A DNA stretch of 64,000 nucleotides from an uncultured delta proteobacterium. GTDB lineage: Bacteria; Desulfobacterota; Syntrophia; Syntrophales; Smithellaceae. Location of the stretch: contig CAVQAL010000003.1 of assembly GCA_963710575.1 (NCBI GenBank), positions 319,387-383,386 on the forward strand. The letters run 5' to 3'. This document shows positions 18,384-27,897 of this stretch, piece after piece. The position numbers and the translations under genes are program-made. The notes beneath the pieces are model-generated. The model had not been told where the DNA came from. It saw only the letters and a list, made by a program, of their open reading frames with translations, and did no database searches. Numbering within the stretch: the first letter of the stretch is position 1; each line of letters begins with the position of its first letter.

Positions 18384-19568
18384 ATGAGAAAACCGGAAAT
18401 AGACCATATACTGACAAGAATGCTGGAATCCAACGTGGAAATTTCCGATTTTATCTTAACGGTAGATAGGCCTTTTCAGGTAGAGGCCGCCGGCCAATTA
18501 GTCCGCGTTGAGTTAAGGCCGCATTTCGAAAAACTTACACCGTTTCAAACAGAAATTTTTGCTCTAAACTTGATTAATCAGGACCATCGGCTGATGGAAA
18601 GGTTGATTAAAGAAGGTTCCTGCGATTTATCATACGAGTTGCCGGATGTTGCCCGTTTCCGCGTAAATATATTTTCACAGCGCGGCCATTACTCTATTGT
18701 TTTAAGAAAACTTGAAACTCAAATTCCTACTTGCGCAGAGCTGTTATTACCAGATGCTTATTACAACATCGCGTCTGAAAAAAACGGCATTGTTCTGGTA
18801 ACAGGCGCTACAGGTAGTGGTAAAACCACATCTCTTGCTGCGGTTATCAATGAAATCAATGAAAAATATTCTTATCATATCATTACACTGGAAGATCCGA
18901 TAGAATATACACACTCTCAAAAAATGTCCACTATCAATCAGCGCGAATTGGGTAAGGATTTTGACAGCTTTGCCAATGGTTTACGCGCAGCTTTGCGCCA
19001 GGCGCCAAAGGTAATTCTTGTAGGTGAAATGCGTGACCGTGAATCTGTGGAAATTGCGCTAAATGCTGCTGAAACAGGTCATTTAGTGCTGAGCACTTTG
19101 CATACAATTAATGCCGGTCAAACAATCAACCGTATTCTTGGCATGTTTCCTGTGGATGAAGAAAACCAGATACGCACGCGTCTTGCTGATTCGCTTCGCT
19201 GGATTATCTGTCAACGCCTTCTGCCAAAAGTTGGCGGTAGCCGTGTTGCCGCCTTCGAAGTGCTGAATACAAGCCTGCGTGTCAAAGACGTTATCCTGCA
19301 TGGAGAATCTGAGGATAAAACATTTTCCGATATTATCCAGCAAGGAAAAGCTTTTGGCATGATTACTTTTGACGATTGCATTATCGATCTTGTTGCAAAA
19401 GGCTTGATTACTGAAGATACGGCGATCGCTTATGCTTCGAATAAGGCTATCGTGAATCGCGGGATAGACGCACTAAAAAGCGCCCGTGGTGAAAAAACCA
19501 CCGATTTGGGGACGCTTGAAGTTGACAAAGCATATGGCAAGACTAAAGACCCATGGAAAAAACAATGA
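18384..19568 (+). CDS. pilU: PilT/PilU-family ATPase (second paralog)
   Basis: GATGSGKTT, TLEDPIE, ALRQAP, GEMRDRE, ETGHLV. Confidence 0.8.
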   Translation: MRKPEIDHILTRMLESNVEISDFILTVDRPFQVEAAGQLVRVELRPHFEKLTPFQTEIFALNLINQDHRLMERLIKEGSCDLSYELPDVARFRVNIFSQRGHYSIVLRKLETQIPTCAELLLPDAYYNIASEKNGIVLVTGATGSGKTTSLAAVINEINEKYSYHIITLEDPIEYTHSQKMSTINQRELGKDFDSFANGLRAALRQAPKVILVGEMRDRESVEIALNAAETGHLVLSTLHTINAGQTINRILGMFPVDEENQIRTRLADSLRWIICQRLLPKVGGSRVAAFEVLNTSLRVKDVILHGESEDKTFSDIIQQGKAFGMITFDDCIIDLVAKGLITEDTAIAYASNKAIVNRGIDALKSARGEKTTDLGTLEVDKAYGKTKDPWKKQ

Positions 19569-19614
19569 GAATCATTTTAATACCGTGCAGAGAAATGATT
19601 ATTAGGACATTAAC

Positions 19615-20127
19615 ATGAAGGAAGAAAAATCAACATCGACTTCAGTAGCAGAAGAAATAGATTATTCTGGGCGGCCTTTTGGTTATCAAGATACAAATAA
19701 TGAAACAGCCATGATTTGCGAACAGGATCCTGTCATCAGGCAAAAGATCAGCAGCACATTGAAATCACTTGACTTTAACATAATTGAACCGATCACATTG
19801 AAAGAAGCTTTAAAATACTTAAGTTTTCACACCTTTAATATCATTGTCGTTGATGAAAATTTCGCTACCGGCACTGATGGAGTCAATCATCTTCTCGACC
19901 ATTTAGAACATTTATCGATGTCTATCCGTCGGCAAGTTTTTGTTGTTTTAATCAGTGAAACTTTCGCGACTATGGACTACATGCACTCTTTAAATAAAAG
20001 TGTCAATTTGATAATTAATAAAGATGAGGTTTCGGAAATGGGGTTGATCCTTAAAAAAGAAATGGAGGAAAATGATTATTTTTACCATGTATTTAAGGAG
20101 TTTAATCGCAAATACGGAAAAATTTAA
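19615..20127 (+). CDS. Receiver-like (CheY-fold) hypothetical protein
   Basis: ICEQDP..IR, IIVVDENF, FVVLIS pattern resembles a REC fold. Confidence 0.5.
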   Translation: MKEEKSTSTSVAEEIDYSGRPFGYQDTNNETAMICEQDPVIRQKISSTLKSLDFNIIEPITLKEALKYLSFHTFNIIVVDENFATGTDGVNHLLDHLEHLSMSIRRQVFVVLISETFATMDYMHSLNKSVNLIINKDEVSEMGLILKKEMEENDYFYHVFKEFNRKYGKI

Positions 20128-20129
20128 TC

Positions 20130-21074
20130 TTATTTGATTTTTTCCACTTCATGCAGAATTTTCTCAGCCTGATCATCAAGGCCCATCCCTTTGTAAGCAG
20201 ACGCAAGACTAATATAGTAAGGACGTGCTGGTTCATAATTTATGGCCGATTTAAAAGCATCAACCGCCTGTAAAAAATGGTTTGTCTTCATTAGCGTGTG
20301 GCCTAACCGGTTATAGTAAGCTCCAGCCCTGGAATTATCGTACTGCACAGCCTTCTCATAAGCCGCCAAAGCTTCCTTGATTTGCCCCAAACCAGCGAGG
20401 CTGTCTCCTAACGAACAATGATATAGTGGATTGGACGAGCTCGCATTAATGCATTTATCTAATAATCTTTTAGCTTCTCTATGATTTCCCGCAAGCTGAA
20501 ATAAAACAGCGATTTTGAAGTAATATTGGTCAGGATGATCAGGATCAATTTCGCCGGCCCGCAGATAGGCTTTTTCACTTTCCTGAATCAACCCGGCAGC
20601 AAACAAAGCGGCACCCCAATGGCAGTAGAGAGCGGAGTTGTCGCTTTCGATTCCGATGAGTTTTTCATAAACGCCGCAAGCTTTCTCAGCCTGGCCTGAT
20701 TGAAGATAAGCATTGCCCAGTTCTGTTAAAAGTCCTGTATCTTCCGGTTGCACGGCAACTGCCTTTTCGCAAATTCCCACTAATGTGTGGAAATTTTTTT
20801 CCTGTTTATAGATGCGCACAAGTTCATCAAATGCAAAACCTGTAAAAACTTTTCGTTTAAGCTCCCTCTCCAATAGTGTATTTAAATGTTTTACAGCTTG
20901 CTCAGTGTCGCCGCTGTCATAATATGCCCAGGATAACATTAACAGGACGGATTCTTCTTCCGGATAAGCCTTGTGAATTTCTTCACAAAGAGCAATAGCC
21001 TCTCGATATTTTCCCTGCCGGAGAAGATTTTCGGCAGAATCAATTTTCTTTTGAGTTTTGTTGTCTTCAATCAT
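20130..21074 (-). CDS. Tetratricopeptide repeat protein
   Basis: Repeated helical TPR pattern (ELGNAYL, LGDSLAGLG, RLGHTLM). Confidence 0.85.
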   Translation of the reverse strand: MIEDNKTQKKIDSAENLLRQGKYREAIALCEEIHKAYPEEESVLLMLSWAYYDSGDTEQAVKHLNTLLERELKRKVFTGFAFDELVRIYKQEKNFHTLVGICEKAVAVQPEDTGLLTELGNAYLQSGQAEKACGVYEKLIGIESDNSALYCHWGAALFAAGLIQESEKAYLRAGEIDPDHPDQYYFKIAVLFQLAGNHREAKRLLDKCINASSSNPLYHCSLGDSLAGLGQIKEALAAYEKAVQYDNSRAGAYYNRLGHTLMKTNHFLQAVDAFKSAINYEPARPYYISLASAYKGMGLDDQAEKILHEVEKIK

Positions 21075-21093
21075 GATTAATCACGGGTATGAA

Positions 21094-21113
21094 CCCCAAA
21101 GCAAGCTGCGGGG
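21094..21113. repeat. GCAAGC-centred hairpin, copy 3
   Basis: ccccaaagcaagctgcgggg. Confidence 0.5.
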
Positions 21114-21124
21114 TATTATACCCT

Positions 21125-21240
21125 CCGCTTTGCGGGATAATTCGACTAACGCTTCAAACTTCACTTTGTTCGTTTTCAGCTAGTCTCATTACAACTTACC
21201 AATTCCGCTACGCTTCGCTTTCGGAATTGGAGTTTCAACA
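21125..21240 (+). repeat. Dispersed intergenic repeat family A, copy
   Basis: ggataattcgact..caaa..ttcacttt..agtctcattacaact; also at 33275, and inverted at 46870 and 26645. Confidence 0.7.
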
Positions 21241-21268
21241 AAAAAAGGGGAGGAAAATTCCTCCCCCC
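21241..21268 (-). terminator. Intrinsic terminator after the HesB-like gene
   Basis: ggggagga-aaat-tcctcccc stem with U-tract on the minus strand. Confidence 0.65.
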
Positions 21269-21275
21269 GAAATTT

Positions 21276-21593
21276 CTAGCAACTGCAACAGGAGCCGCAA
21301 GCGCCGCCGGCAGCAGGAGCAAGACTGGAATCTATTTTAAATCCAGACCCGTGCGGCGTATCCACAAAATCAACATTGATCGGTTTTGCCTGATTATAAA
21401 TATCTTTATCAATGACAAATTTTGTTCCTTTTTCTTCAAACACTTCATCTGTATTCACAGGCTCGTCCAGAGCCATACCCAAAGCGGGTCCGGAACAGCC
21501 CATAGCTAATGTAATCCGCACCGCGGAATCCGCTTTTTTCTCTTTGATAAAGTCTTTGATTACTTCCAATGCCTTATCTGTAACTGTAAACAT
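21276..21593 (-). CDS. IscA/HesB-family protein
   Basis: MFTVTDKALE, MGCSGPALGMALDE, C-terminal CGSCCSC; AGGAGG RBS. Confidence 0.85.
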   Translation of the reverse strand: MFTVTDKALEVIKDFIKEKKADSAVRITLAMGCSGPALGMALDEPVNTDEVFEEKGTKFVIDKDIYNQAKPINVDFVDTPHGSGFKIDSSLAPAAGGACGSCCSC

Positions 21594-21760
21594 TAAACAT
21601 CCTCCTTTTATCGACGAACATTTTTCCATTCATCCTTTTTCTAAAATAGTCATACTTGACAATATGTCAATTAAATTCTGGAAATATTCCATATAATTGT
21701 TTTTATTATTTCTGAATTTCCGGCTGGATTGCCAACAAAGACGGCACGTTAAGTTATAAG

Positions 21761-21888
21761 GTAATGCCAAGTTGCATTCAAAAGATAACGAGGCGGCAAG
21801 AAGGAGGCGACGAGGCGTATTTTACACGTGTGACCTTCAGGTTATACGTTGAGGAAGCCGACGACGAAGCCAACAAAGTTAGCTAAAG
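21761..21888 (+). repeat. Dispersed repeat family B (MITE-like), copy
   Basis: gataacgaggcggcaag..aggcgtat..tacgttgaggaagc.gacgacg.agccaacaaagttagc; matches 29225-29350. Confidence 0.8.
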
Positions 21889-21969
21889 ACCGGAGTCGCA
21901 TCCCGCATGGGAGCGCATAGCAAATAAAGTTTTTACCTTACCGGTAATTACCATCTGCAAGATGGTAAC

Positions 21970-22545
21970 TTACATGCGACTCGGTAGTAAGAATCTCCAT
22001 GGAGCTTCTCTATGTTCTTTACTGGCATAATCAATGCCTATCCGTGGAGTTGTTATGATGGATTTGGCCGGGATTTTTTTGTAATCAGCCACCCACAGTT
22101 CTTTGCCGCGGGTTAAATCCCAGCCGTTCAAAGACTTGTCTATTGACAACGCTTGACAGAGCTTGGCAGGACCGTTCGTTAATTCAGCTCCTTTTCTCTT
22201 TCGGCGAACTTCCATCGCTTCAATTCCGGTAAGCGGCAATATCGATCGAATAAGCACAGCGCATGGATTGTCTTTCGCTTCAGTCACCAGGTTGAGCATG
22301 TAGTGCATGCCGTAAGTAAAATAAACGTAAGCATGACCGGGTTCGCCGAACATAACAGCATTGCGCGCAGTTTTGCCTCGGTGAGCATGGCAGGCGCCGT
22401 CCGTTTCGCCACAGTATGCTTCGGTCTCCACAATCATTCCGGCAAGCTCAAGGCCGTTGATTTGTCGCACCAATTTTTTTCCTAAAAGCGTGCGGGCAAC
22501 TTGCAGTGTATCGCGCCGATAAAATTTTCTGTCCAATATGCTCAT
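21970..22545 (-). CDS. mpg: DNA-3-methyladenine glycosylase (MPG)
   Basis: IVETEAY, MFGEPGHAYVYFTYGMH, NGPAKLCQAL, TPRIGI. Confidence 0.93.
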   Translation of the reverse strand: MSILDRKFYRRDTLQVARTLLGKKLVRQINGLELAGMIVETEAYCGETDGACHAHRGKTARNAVMFGEPGHAYVYFTYGMHYMLNLVTEAKDNPCAVLIRSILPLTGIEAMEVRRKRKGAELTNGPAKLCQALSIDKSLNGWDLTRGKELWVADYKKIPAKSIITTPRIGIDYASKEHREAPWRFLLPSRM

Positions 22546-22777
22546 GATTAATCCAGCTTCTTAAATATTTTTTCCAGCAGGTACTCGTATAAAGCCGGAA
22601 GAACATTGTCTGTCTTGATGTTAGACAAATTTTCCATGTTTTACGAAGTTCGCTTTTGGTGCTTATTACCACGAAATACGAAATGCTGTAAACGGGTATT
22701 TATTTGTAATTATGTAAGATTTTTATTTCCTAGAAAAAGAACATATGCTAGTATGATATCCAAAATATCGGAAAAAG

Positions 22778-22803
22778 CGAAGTTCGTATATTAATTGTTA
22801 TGC
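22778..22803 (+). other. attI-like motif ending in core site GTTATGC
   Basis: cgaagttcgtatattaattGTTATGC; 21/22 identical to 59627-59648; core complementary to GCATAAC at 23394. Confidence 0.5.
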
Positions 22804-22808
22804 CGTGA

Positions 22809-23390
22809 GTGATGACAATGAATAATGACTTTGAAATAGTCAAATCCATTTTGGCCGAGCTGAGATCTGATTACATTGCAGGTTGTAAACTTGATAAAAT
22901 GGATCAAAAGGCTCCAATAACTGAACGTGATATCGTAGCTGAGATTTATTGCAGGCTTAAAGATTTCTGTAGCAAAAATGGATTGAGCGTTCACTGCGAA
23001 ATAAAGCCTGCAACTGATGAAAATGCAGAAACCAAACATTTAATAGGACTTCCCAAGATAGATGTTGGCATTCTCTCAAATATTAATGAACGAACTTGGA
23101 TATCATCGGCGATGAAACTTCAAGATAAATATAAGAAAGGCCTCATCGAGGCGAGGTTCTCATCAATTTCAGTTGAGTTTTTTCACACTGCAATAGAAGT
23201 GAAAATCCAAAGCAATTTAAATGATGCAAAGAAGGATATAAACATCCTCAAACATCTTCATGATTCAAACAAAGCATGTAATTGCTTTTTCGTTCTACTG
23301 AATGCAAGGGGTCAAAGGTCAGATCATGATGCCATACAGAAATTTGCTGATCGTGAAGGTATCTGTGTTCTTGAATACACTTGCAGATAA
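22809..23390 (+). CDS. Cassette-borne hypothetical protein, PD-(D/E)XK nuclease-like
   Basis: TERDIVAEIY, PKIDVGI and AIEVK spacing; AT-rich; promoterless arrangement between core site and attC. Confidence 0.5.
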   Translation: MMTMNNDFEIVKSILAELRSDYIAGCKLDKMDQKAPITERDIVAEIYCRLKDFCSKNGLSVHCEIKPATDENAETKHLIGLPKIDVGILSNINERTWISSAMKLQDKYKKGLIEARFSSISVEFFHTAIEVKIQSNLNDAKKDINILKHLHDSNKACNCFFVLLNARGQRSDHDAIQKFADREGICVLEYTCR

Positions 23391-23393
23391 AAG

Positions 23394-23454
23394 GCATAAC
23401 ACGCAAATCCAGCGGACGGCTTACGCCGCCGCTGATCAGCACGCTCCGTTGGCA
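23394..23454 (+). other. Integron attC recombination site
   Basis: R'' GCATAAC, L'' atccagcgg, central hairpin, L' ccgctgat, R' GTTGGCA; 61 bp directly after the stop codon. Confidence 0.75.
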
Positions 23455-23496
23455 CACGTACTTCTTCTTTTATATCCTAATAAGGAGGACAATGTA

Positions 23497-23952
23497 ATGA
23501 ACGTAAACGTGAATGTTAAGCGCAAATTTAAAATTAACGGAAAAGAATACAACTCTATCGATGAAATGCCTCCCGATATCCGCAACGTTTTTGAAAAGGC
23601 GATGGCTTCACAGACGGGCCCAGGCCAACCGCTAAACCCGGCAACGATGCAGACTAAAATTATTTTCAACGGCACAGAATACCCTGGCATTGACGCGATG
23701 CCGCAGGACGTCCGCCAATTATACGAACAAGTATTGAAGGCGGCGGAAACCGGCGCTGCGCCGGCTAACATTATTACAGCAGGCGACATAAGCGGCATGC
23801 AGGCAGGGCCTAAAAACTACGGGACCACCGGCATGGGAAATGTGGTAACGCCGATAAAGACAGAGCCTGCTATTTCTCCACGAACGTTGATTATCGGCGT
23901 TATGATAATCGCATTAGTTATTCTGTTTTATTTTGTGTTTCATGGCCGATGA
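23497..23952 (+). CDS. Hypothetical protein with two internal repeats and a C-terminal TM helix
   Basis: INGKEYNSIDEMPPDIR / FNGTEYPGIDAMPQDVR repeat; AGGAGG RBS. Confidence 0.7.
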   Translation: MNVNVNVKRKFKINGKEYNSIDEMPPDIRNVFEKAMASQTGPGQPLNPATMQTKIIFNGTEYPGIDAMPQDVRQLYEQVLKAAETGAAPANIITAGDISGMQAGPKNYGTTGMGNVVTPIKTEPAISPRTLIIGVMIIALVILFYFVFHGR

Positions 23953-24206
23953 TAGAAGATTGGATTAAAAGATATTTCGCTGAGGAACAGATTCCGGAAG
24001 TCCTGGATATATTATCCGGGTACGGCACGGAATCATGGCACAGGGAAGAAGATCGAGTGAAACGTGATATAGTTATTATTTCCGCCGGATCTATGGAAAA
24101 GCTCAAAGCCACGGTAATGCTGGCCAAGAACGATTATCGGGATGTGCTCATTGGTGAATCAATCGACCCATTGGTTATCGGAGAACTCAGCAAATACAAA
24201 ACTTAA
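23949..24206 (+). CDS. Small hypothetical protein
   Basis: 85 aa ORF translationally coupled (ATGA overlap). Confidence 0.65.
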   Translation: MIEDWIKRYFAEEQIPEVLDILSGYGTESWHREEDRVKRDIVIISAGSMEKLKATVMLAKNDYRDVLIGESIDPLVIGELSKYKT

Positions 24207-24252
24207 CAAATCATTTATACGCAAAGATAATGAGGAGGCGAAAAATAAATCT

Positions 24253-24762
24253 ATGACCAGGTTACGGGCGCTTCAGGCAAACATTGTTACCCTTTCGGTT
24301 GATGCAATCGTCAATGCGGCGAATTCATCGCTTCTTGGCGGAGGCGGAGTCGACGGCGCGATCCATCGCGCCGCTGGGCCGGAACTGCTTGAAGAGTGCC
24401 GAAAGCTCGGTGGTTGCAAAATCGGCGAGGCAAAACTGACAAAGGGGTATAAACTTCCCGCGCGATTTGTCATCCACACCGTGGGGCCGGTTTGGAGAGG
24501 CGGGAAAAATGGCGAGCCGGATCTGCTTGCGTCCTGTTATCGCAACTCTCTGACCATCGCTGCCAAGCACGAGATGCGATCAATCGCTTTCCCCAGTATC
24601 AGCACCGGAGTCTATGGATATCCAATTGAGCTGGCGGCTCGAATTGCTGTGGACACTGTCTGTGCTGTGGTGCAAAAATCGTCAAAGATAGAGGAAGTGA
24701 TATTCTGCTGCTTTTCGCCAAATGATCTTGCCGTTTACGAATCCCTTCTGCTAAAGGGCTGA
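24253..24762 (+). CDS. Macro-domain O-acetyl-ADP-ribose deacetylase (YmdB-like)
   Basis: [46 protein letters not shown]. Confidence 0.93.
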   Translation: MTRLRALQANIVTLSVDAIVNAANSSLLGGGGVDGAIHRAAGPELLEECRKLGGCKIGEAKLTKGYKLPARFVIHTVGPVWRGGKNGEPDLLASCYRNSLTIAAKHEMRSIAFPSISTGVYGYPIELAARIAVDTVCAVVQKSSKIEEVIFCCFSPNDLAVYESLLLKG

Positions 24763-24796
24763 ATAAACGGATAATCCGCCGGGAGATAAACAAACC

Positions 24797-25312
24797 ATGA
24801 GCATAATCGATAATATTGATAAAGCCGACTTGAAGGAATTGCTGATCAAAAACTGGATGACTCATGACGCGATGTGGCTGTATCATTGCGTGAATGAATG
24901 CGGAATAGATGCCGCGAATGCCATAAACCAGGCCGCCGTAAAATCGATGGCGTCAATAGAGATTCAAAGGATCCGCAAGCTCCTGGGAATTCCGAAAGAT
25001 AAAAAAATTGAAACTATAGCTGAATTTATGACGATTTTTGATTGTGCAATGGAAATTGTAAAGGGTGAATTCATGGACTTTTCTTACTCGAACATAGCTG
25101 ATGGGGTATTTTCCTGGAAATGGAACAAGTGTTTCGCATATGAAGGCATCAAAGGTCTCGGCCTGTTAGATCATTACAAGTGCGGCATATTAACCCGCAT
25201 TAATTCCTGGTTCGATACGCTTGGCATCCGATATGAATTATCGCCGGTAATTGATAAATGTATCATGCATACTAAAGGAAGTTGTGAAGGGCAATACAGG
25301 ATATTTTTATAA
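24797..25312 (+). CDS. Conserved hypothetical protein (V4R-like / DUF6125-like)
   Basis: WMTHDAMW, KCFAYEG, KCG...C..C metal-site pattern. Confidence 0.45.
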   Translation: MSIIDNIDKADLKELLIKNWMTHDAMWLYHCVNECGIDAANAINQAAVKSMASIEIQRIRKLLGIPKDKKIETIAEFMTIFDCAMEIVKGEFMDFSYSNIADGVFSWKWNKCFAYEGIKGLGLLDHYKCGILTRINSWFDTLGIRYELSPVIDKCIMHTKGSCEGQYRIFL

Positions 25313-25316
25313 TGAA

Positions 25317-26360
25317 CTACAGTTTTTTTGTTTTCTTACGAGTTGTTTTGCGCACCCGGCCCCATACCGGATGCCTCTTAGCAGCCATGCGGACGATAAG
25401 GCTGCCCATTTGTCCGTAACTGATACCGGCAACCTCGGCGGCGCACGCCATGCTGGCGTCAATGCTGATATCCGCGTTGGGATTTACATCCAGAACGTAA
25501 AAGATGTTATCCCGCAGACGGATGTCCATACGTGCGTAATCCCGGCATCCTAAAGCCACGTAGGCGTTCTTGCAAACCAGTTCCAGCGCCTCGGTTTCAT
25601 CGCTAGTCAGGGAGGCGGGCAGCAAGGTTTCGATTTTTTCATAATGCTCGGAGCCGGGAATAAATTTGGAATCATAAGTGCATAGCCGGTCTTTGACATT
25701 GCCGAAAAATGAAAAGTCCATTTCCGCGGGGGGTAACACCGTCAGTGTTTCGTTACCCCAGACGGAGACATGAAATTCACGCCCATCGATTAAATCCTCC
25801 ACCAGAGCCGGTTGGCGATATCGATCCAGAATGAAGGATATGCGCTTTTTCAATTCCGGTTGATTCAGCACTACGGCGTCCGGTGTAATACCCATGGAGC
25901 AATGTTCATTCATCGGCTTGACAATTGCCGGAAATATATTCCAGTCGCATGTTTCGGGGGAATGAAAGACACGCCAGGCCGGCGTGGGAATGAAGGCCTG
26001 ATCCATGATGACTTTTACACGGTATTTATCCTGCGCAAGGGCGAGCGTTTCAGAATCCGCGCCGGTGAAGGTAAAGCCGAGCATCTCGAGCCGTTTTGCC
26101 ACGAGCCATTCACTGTGCTCGATTCCGGGAAGGCCTTCGCACCAGTTAAAAACAATATGATCGGCAGGATCGAAGCAATCAAGATGGCTGGAGATATCGT
26201 CGTCCGCAACGGGAACAAGAACCATGGGATGTCCCATATCCATCAACGCGTGACCAAGCTGCGTGGTCAGATGGATCACTTCATCTTTTTCAACTTGCGT
26301 CCAGTCCGGATCAACACTGTAAAGTAATATAATCGGAATTTTCGCGGACTGGATGTCCAT
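25317..26360 (-). CDS. D-Ala-D-Ala-ligase-like ATP-grasp enzyme (non-canonical)
   Basis: VFNWCEG, DKYRVK, VKPMNEHCSMGI, EDLIDGREF, YARMDIR, VLDVNPN; lacks the Ddl N-terminal GGxSxE. Confidence 0.85.
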   Translation of the reverse strand: MDIQSAKIPIILLYSVDPDWTQVEKDEVIHLTTQLGHALMDMGHPMVLVPVADDDISSHLDCFDPADHIVFNWCEGLPGIEHSEWLVAKRLEMLGFTFTGADSETLALAQDKYRVKVIMDQAFIPTPAWRVFHSPETCDWNIFPAIVKPMNEHCSMGITPDAVVLNQPELKKRISFILDRYRQPALVEDLIDGREFHVSVWGNETLTVLPPAEMDFSFFGNVKDRLCTYDSKFIPGSEHYEKIETLLPASLTSDETEALELVCKNAYVALGCRDYARMDIRLRDNIFYVLDVNPNADISIDASMACAAEVAGISYGQMGSLIVRMAAKRHPVWGRVRKTTRKKTKKL

Positions 26361-26606
26361 CGGCGCTATGCCACCGCCACAATTAATATCGATACCTCGC
26401 TCTCCTTATATTTATTTGTGAGTTATAATATACATGTTTTTAAATAATATTCCAAGAATGATTTTATTTTTTGTCGATTTTTTAAAACAAAAAAATAGGA
26501 TTACAATCGAGATATCTATGATACGTTGCTTCAGTAGTAAGCCAAACATTCGCTGGAGCAAAACCCGGCGGCTCATTGCTTTTATATTCTTACCAAAGTA
26601 AGAGAT

Positions 26607-26645
26607 AAAAAAACCCCGGCCTTCGGAAAAAAGGCCGGGGTTTTA
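26607..26645. terminator. Bidirectional intrinsic terminator
   Basis: A7-ccccggcc-loop-ggccgggg-T5. Confidence 0.75.
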
Positions 26646-26745
26646 CGATTCAATGAGACTCAAATATTACAAGCATAGCGCGGTAATATTTGTTAGCCGA
26701 ATTAATGAAACCCAGATATTGTAAACGCAGTGCAACAATATCTGA
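26645..26745 (-). repeat. Dispersed repeat family A, partial inverted copy
   Basis: aatgagactcaaatattacaag..gtaatatttg..gcaacaatatctg; resembles 46870-46925. Confidence 0.5.
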
Positions 26746-26783
26746 TGATTGAATTATCCCGTAGCCTTTGGCTATCGGGGAAA

Positions 26784-27866
26784 TTATTTAACCAGTTTCA
26801 GATAATTTTTGACCAGATACTCCGCTGTTTGCAGAGCGCCTTTGGCCGCGCCCAGTTTGGTGTTATGCGCCAGGCAAACATACTTGATTCCGTTTTCAAT
26901 GATCGGATCTTTACGAATACGCCCGACCGTAACCGTCATGCCGCCGCCTTTGTCACGATCCACACGAGGCTGAGGACGGAAAGGATCATCGGTAACATCG
27001 ATCAGATGCGCCGGAGAACTGGGCAGATGCAGTTCGGCAAAATTCTTGCCGTAATTCATCATCGCCTTTTTAACATCTTCCGGCGAACAGGGTTTTTCTG
27101 TCTGCACAAATGCGCAAACCATGTGGCCGTCAAGCACAGGCACGCGGGTACAGGTCGCGGTAATGCCGAAAGCGGCGTTCTGAATAGATGAGCCCCTAAA
27201 TGTACCTAAAATTTTCTGCGGCTCGGTTTCCACTTTGGGCTCTTCGCCTGGTATATAAGGAACTATATTCTCCGTCATATCCATCGCCGATAATCCCGGG
27301 GTTCTTCCCGCTCCCGACATGGCCTGAAGTGAAGTCATTATCACCTGTTTGACTCCGAACAAGTCCTGAATCGGCTTTAAAGAGACAACCAGACCGGCTA
27401 TCGTGCAATTAGGTTTCGGAGAAACAAATCCTTTCCAGCCGCGATTCTTCTGTTGCACCGCGAGCAGGGCAGCGTGATCCATATTCACCCCTCCGACAAG
27501 GATGGGCGTATCATCTTCGTAACGGAACGCCGATGCGGTGCTGATGACCGGTGTGGTCTTGGCATACTTCGGCTCTAATTCTTTGGCGGCTCCCGCATCC
27601 ATCGTGGAAAAAATGATATCAACCGAAGTGGCATCGAAAGACGCCGCCTCTTCCACAACCATATTGGCGATATCTTCAGGCAGTTCCTCGGTGCACCACC
27701 AGCGCGAAGAGCCGTTGGCATCCTTAAGAGCTTCACTGTATTTCTTTGCCGCTGAACGTTCCGAAGCTACCAGCTTTGTTATTTTAAACCAGGGGTGCCC
27801 GATCAGGCTGACAATAGCCTGCTGACCGACTATCCCGGTTGCGCCTACAATAGCAATTTTTAACAT
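26784..27866 (-). CDS. asd: Aspartate-semialdehyde dehydrogenase (archaeal/second-form type)
   Basis: GATGIVGQ, KPNCT catalytic Cys, QAMSGAG, CTRVPVLDGH, HNTKLGAA. Confidence 0.9.
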   Translation of the reverse strand: MLKIAIVGATGIVGQQAIVSLIGHPWFKITKLVASERSAAKKYSEALKDANGSSRWWCTEELPEDIANMVVEEAASFDATSVDIIFSTMDAGAAKELEPKYAKTTPVISTASAFRYEDDTPILVGGVNMDHAALLAVQQKNRGWKGFVSPKPNCTIAGLVVSLKPIQDLFGVKQVIMTSLQAMSGAGRTPGLSAMDMTENIVPYIPGEEPKVETEPQKILGTFRGSSIQNAAFGITATCTRVPVLDGHMVCAFVQTEKPCSPEDVKKAMMNYGKNFAELHLPSSPAHLIDVTDDPFRPQPRVDRDKGGGMTVTVGRIRKDPIIENGIKYVCLAHNTKLGAAKGALQTAEYLVKNYLKLVK

Positions 27867-27897
27867 CGTTTACTAACCCCCATCTAAATTTTCTTTG

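Noticed and set aside
21276-21593. Selenoprotein HesB-like gene
   Set aside because: The relevant codon in MGCSGP is TGT (Cys), not TGA; no read-through needed
22550-22790. intI remnant upstream of the cassette
   Set aside because: Minus-strand frames give only short peptides with no tyrosine-recombinase features
26530-26606. Riboswitch or leader upstream of the Ddl-like gene
   Set aside because: Some hairpins, but no recognisable aptamer consensus; an Rfam scan would be needed
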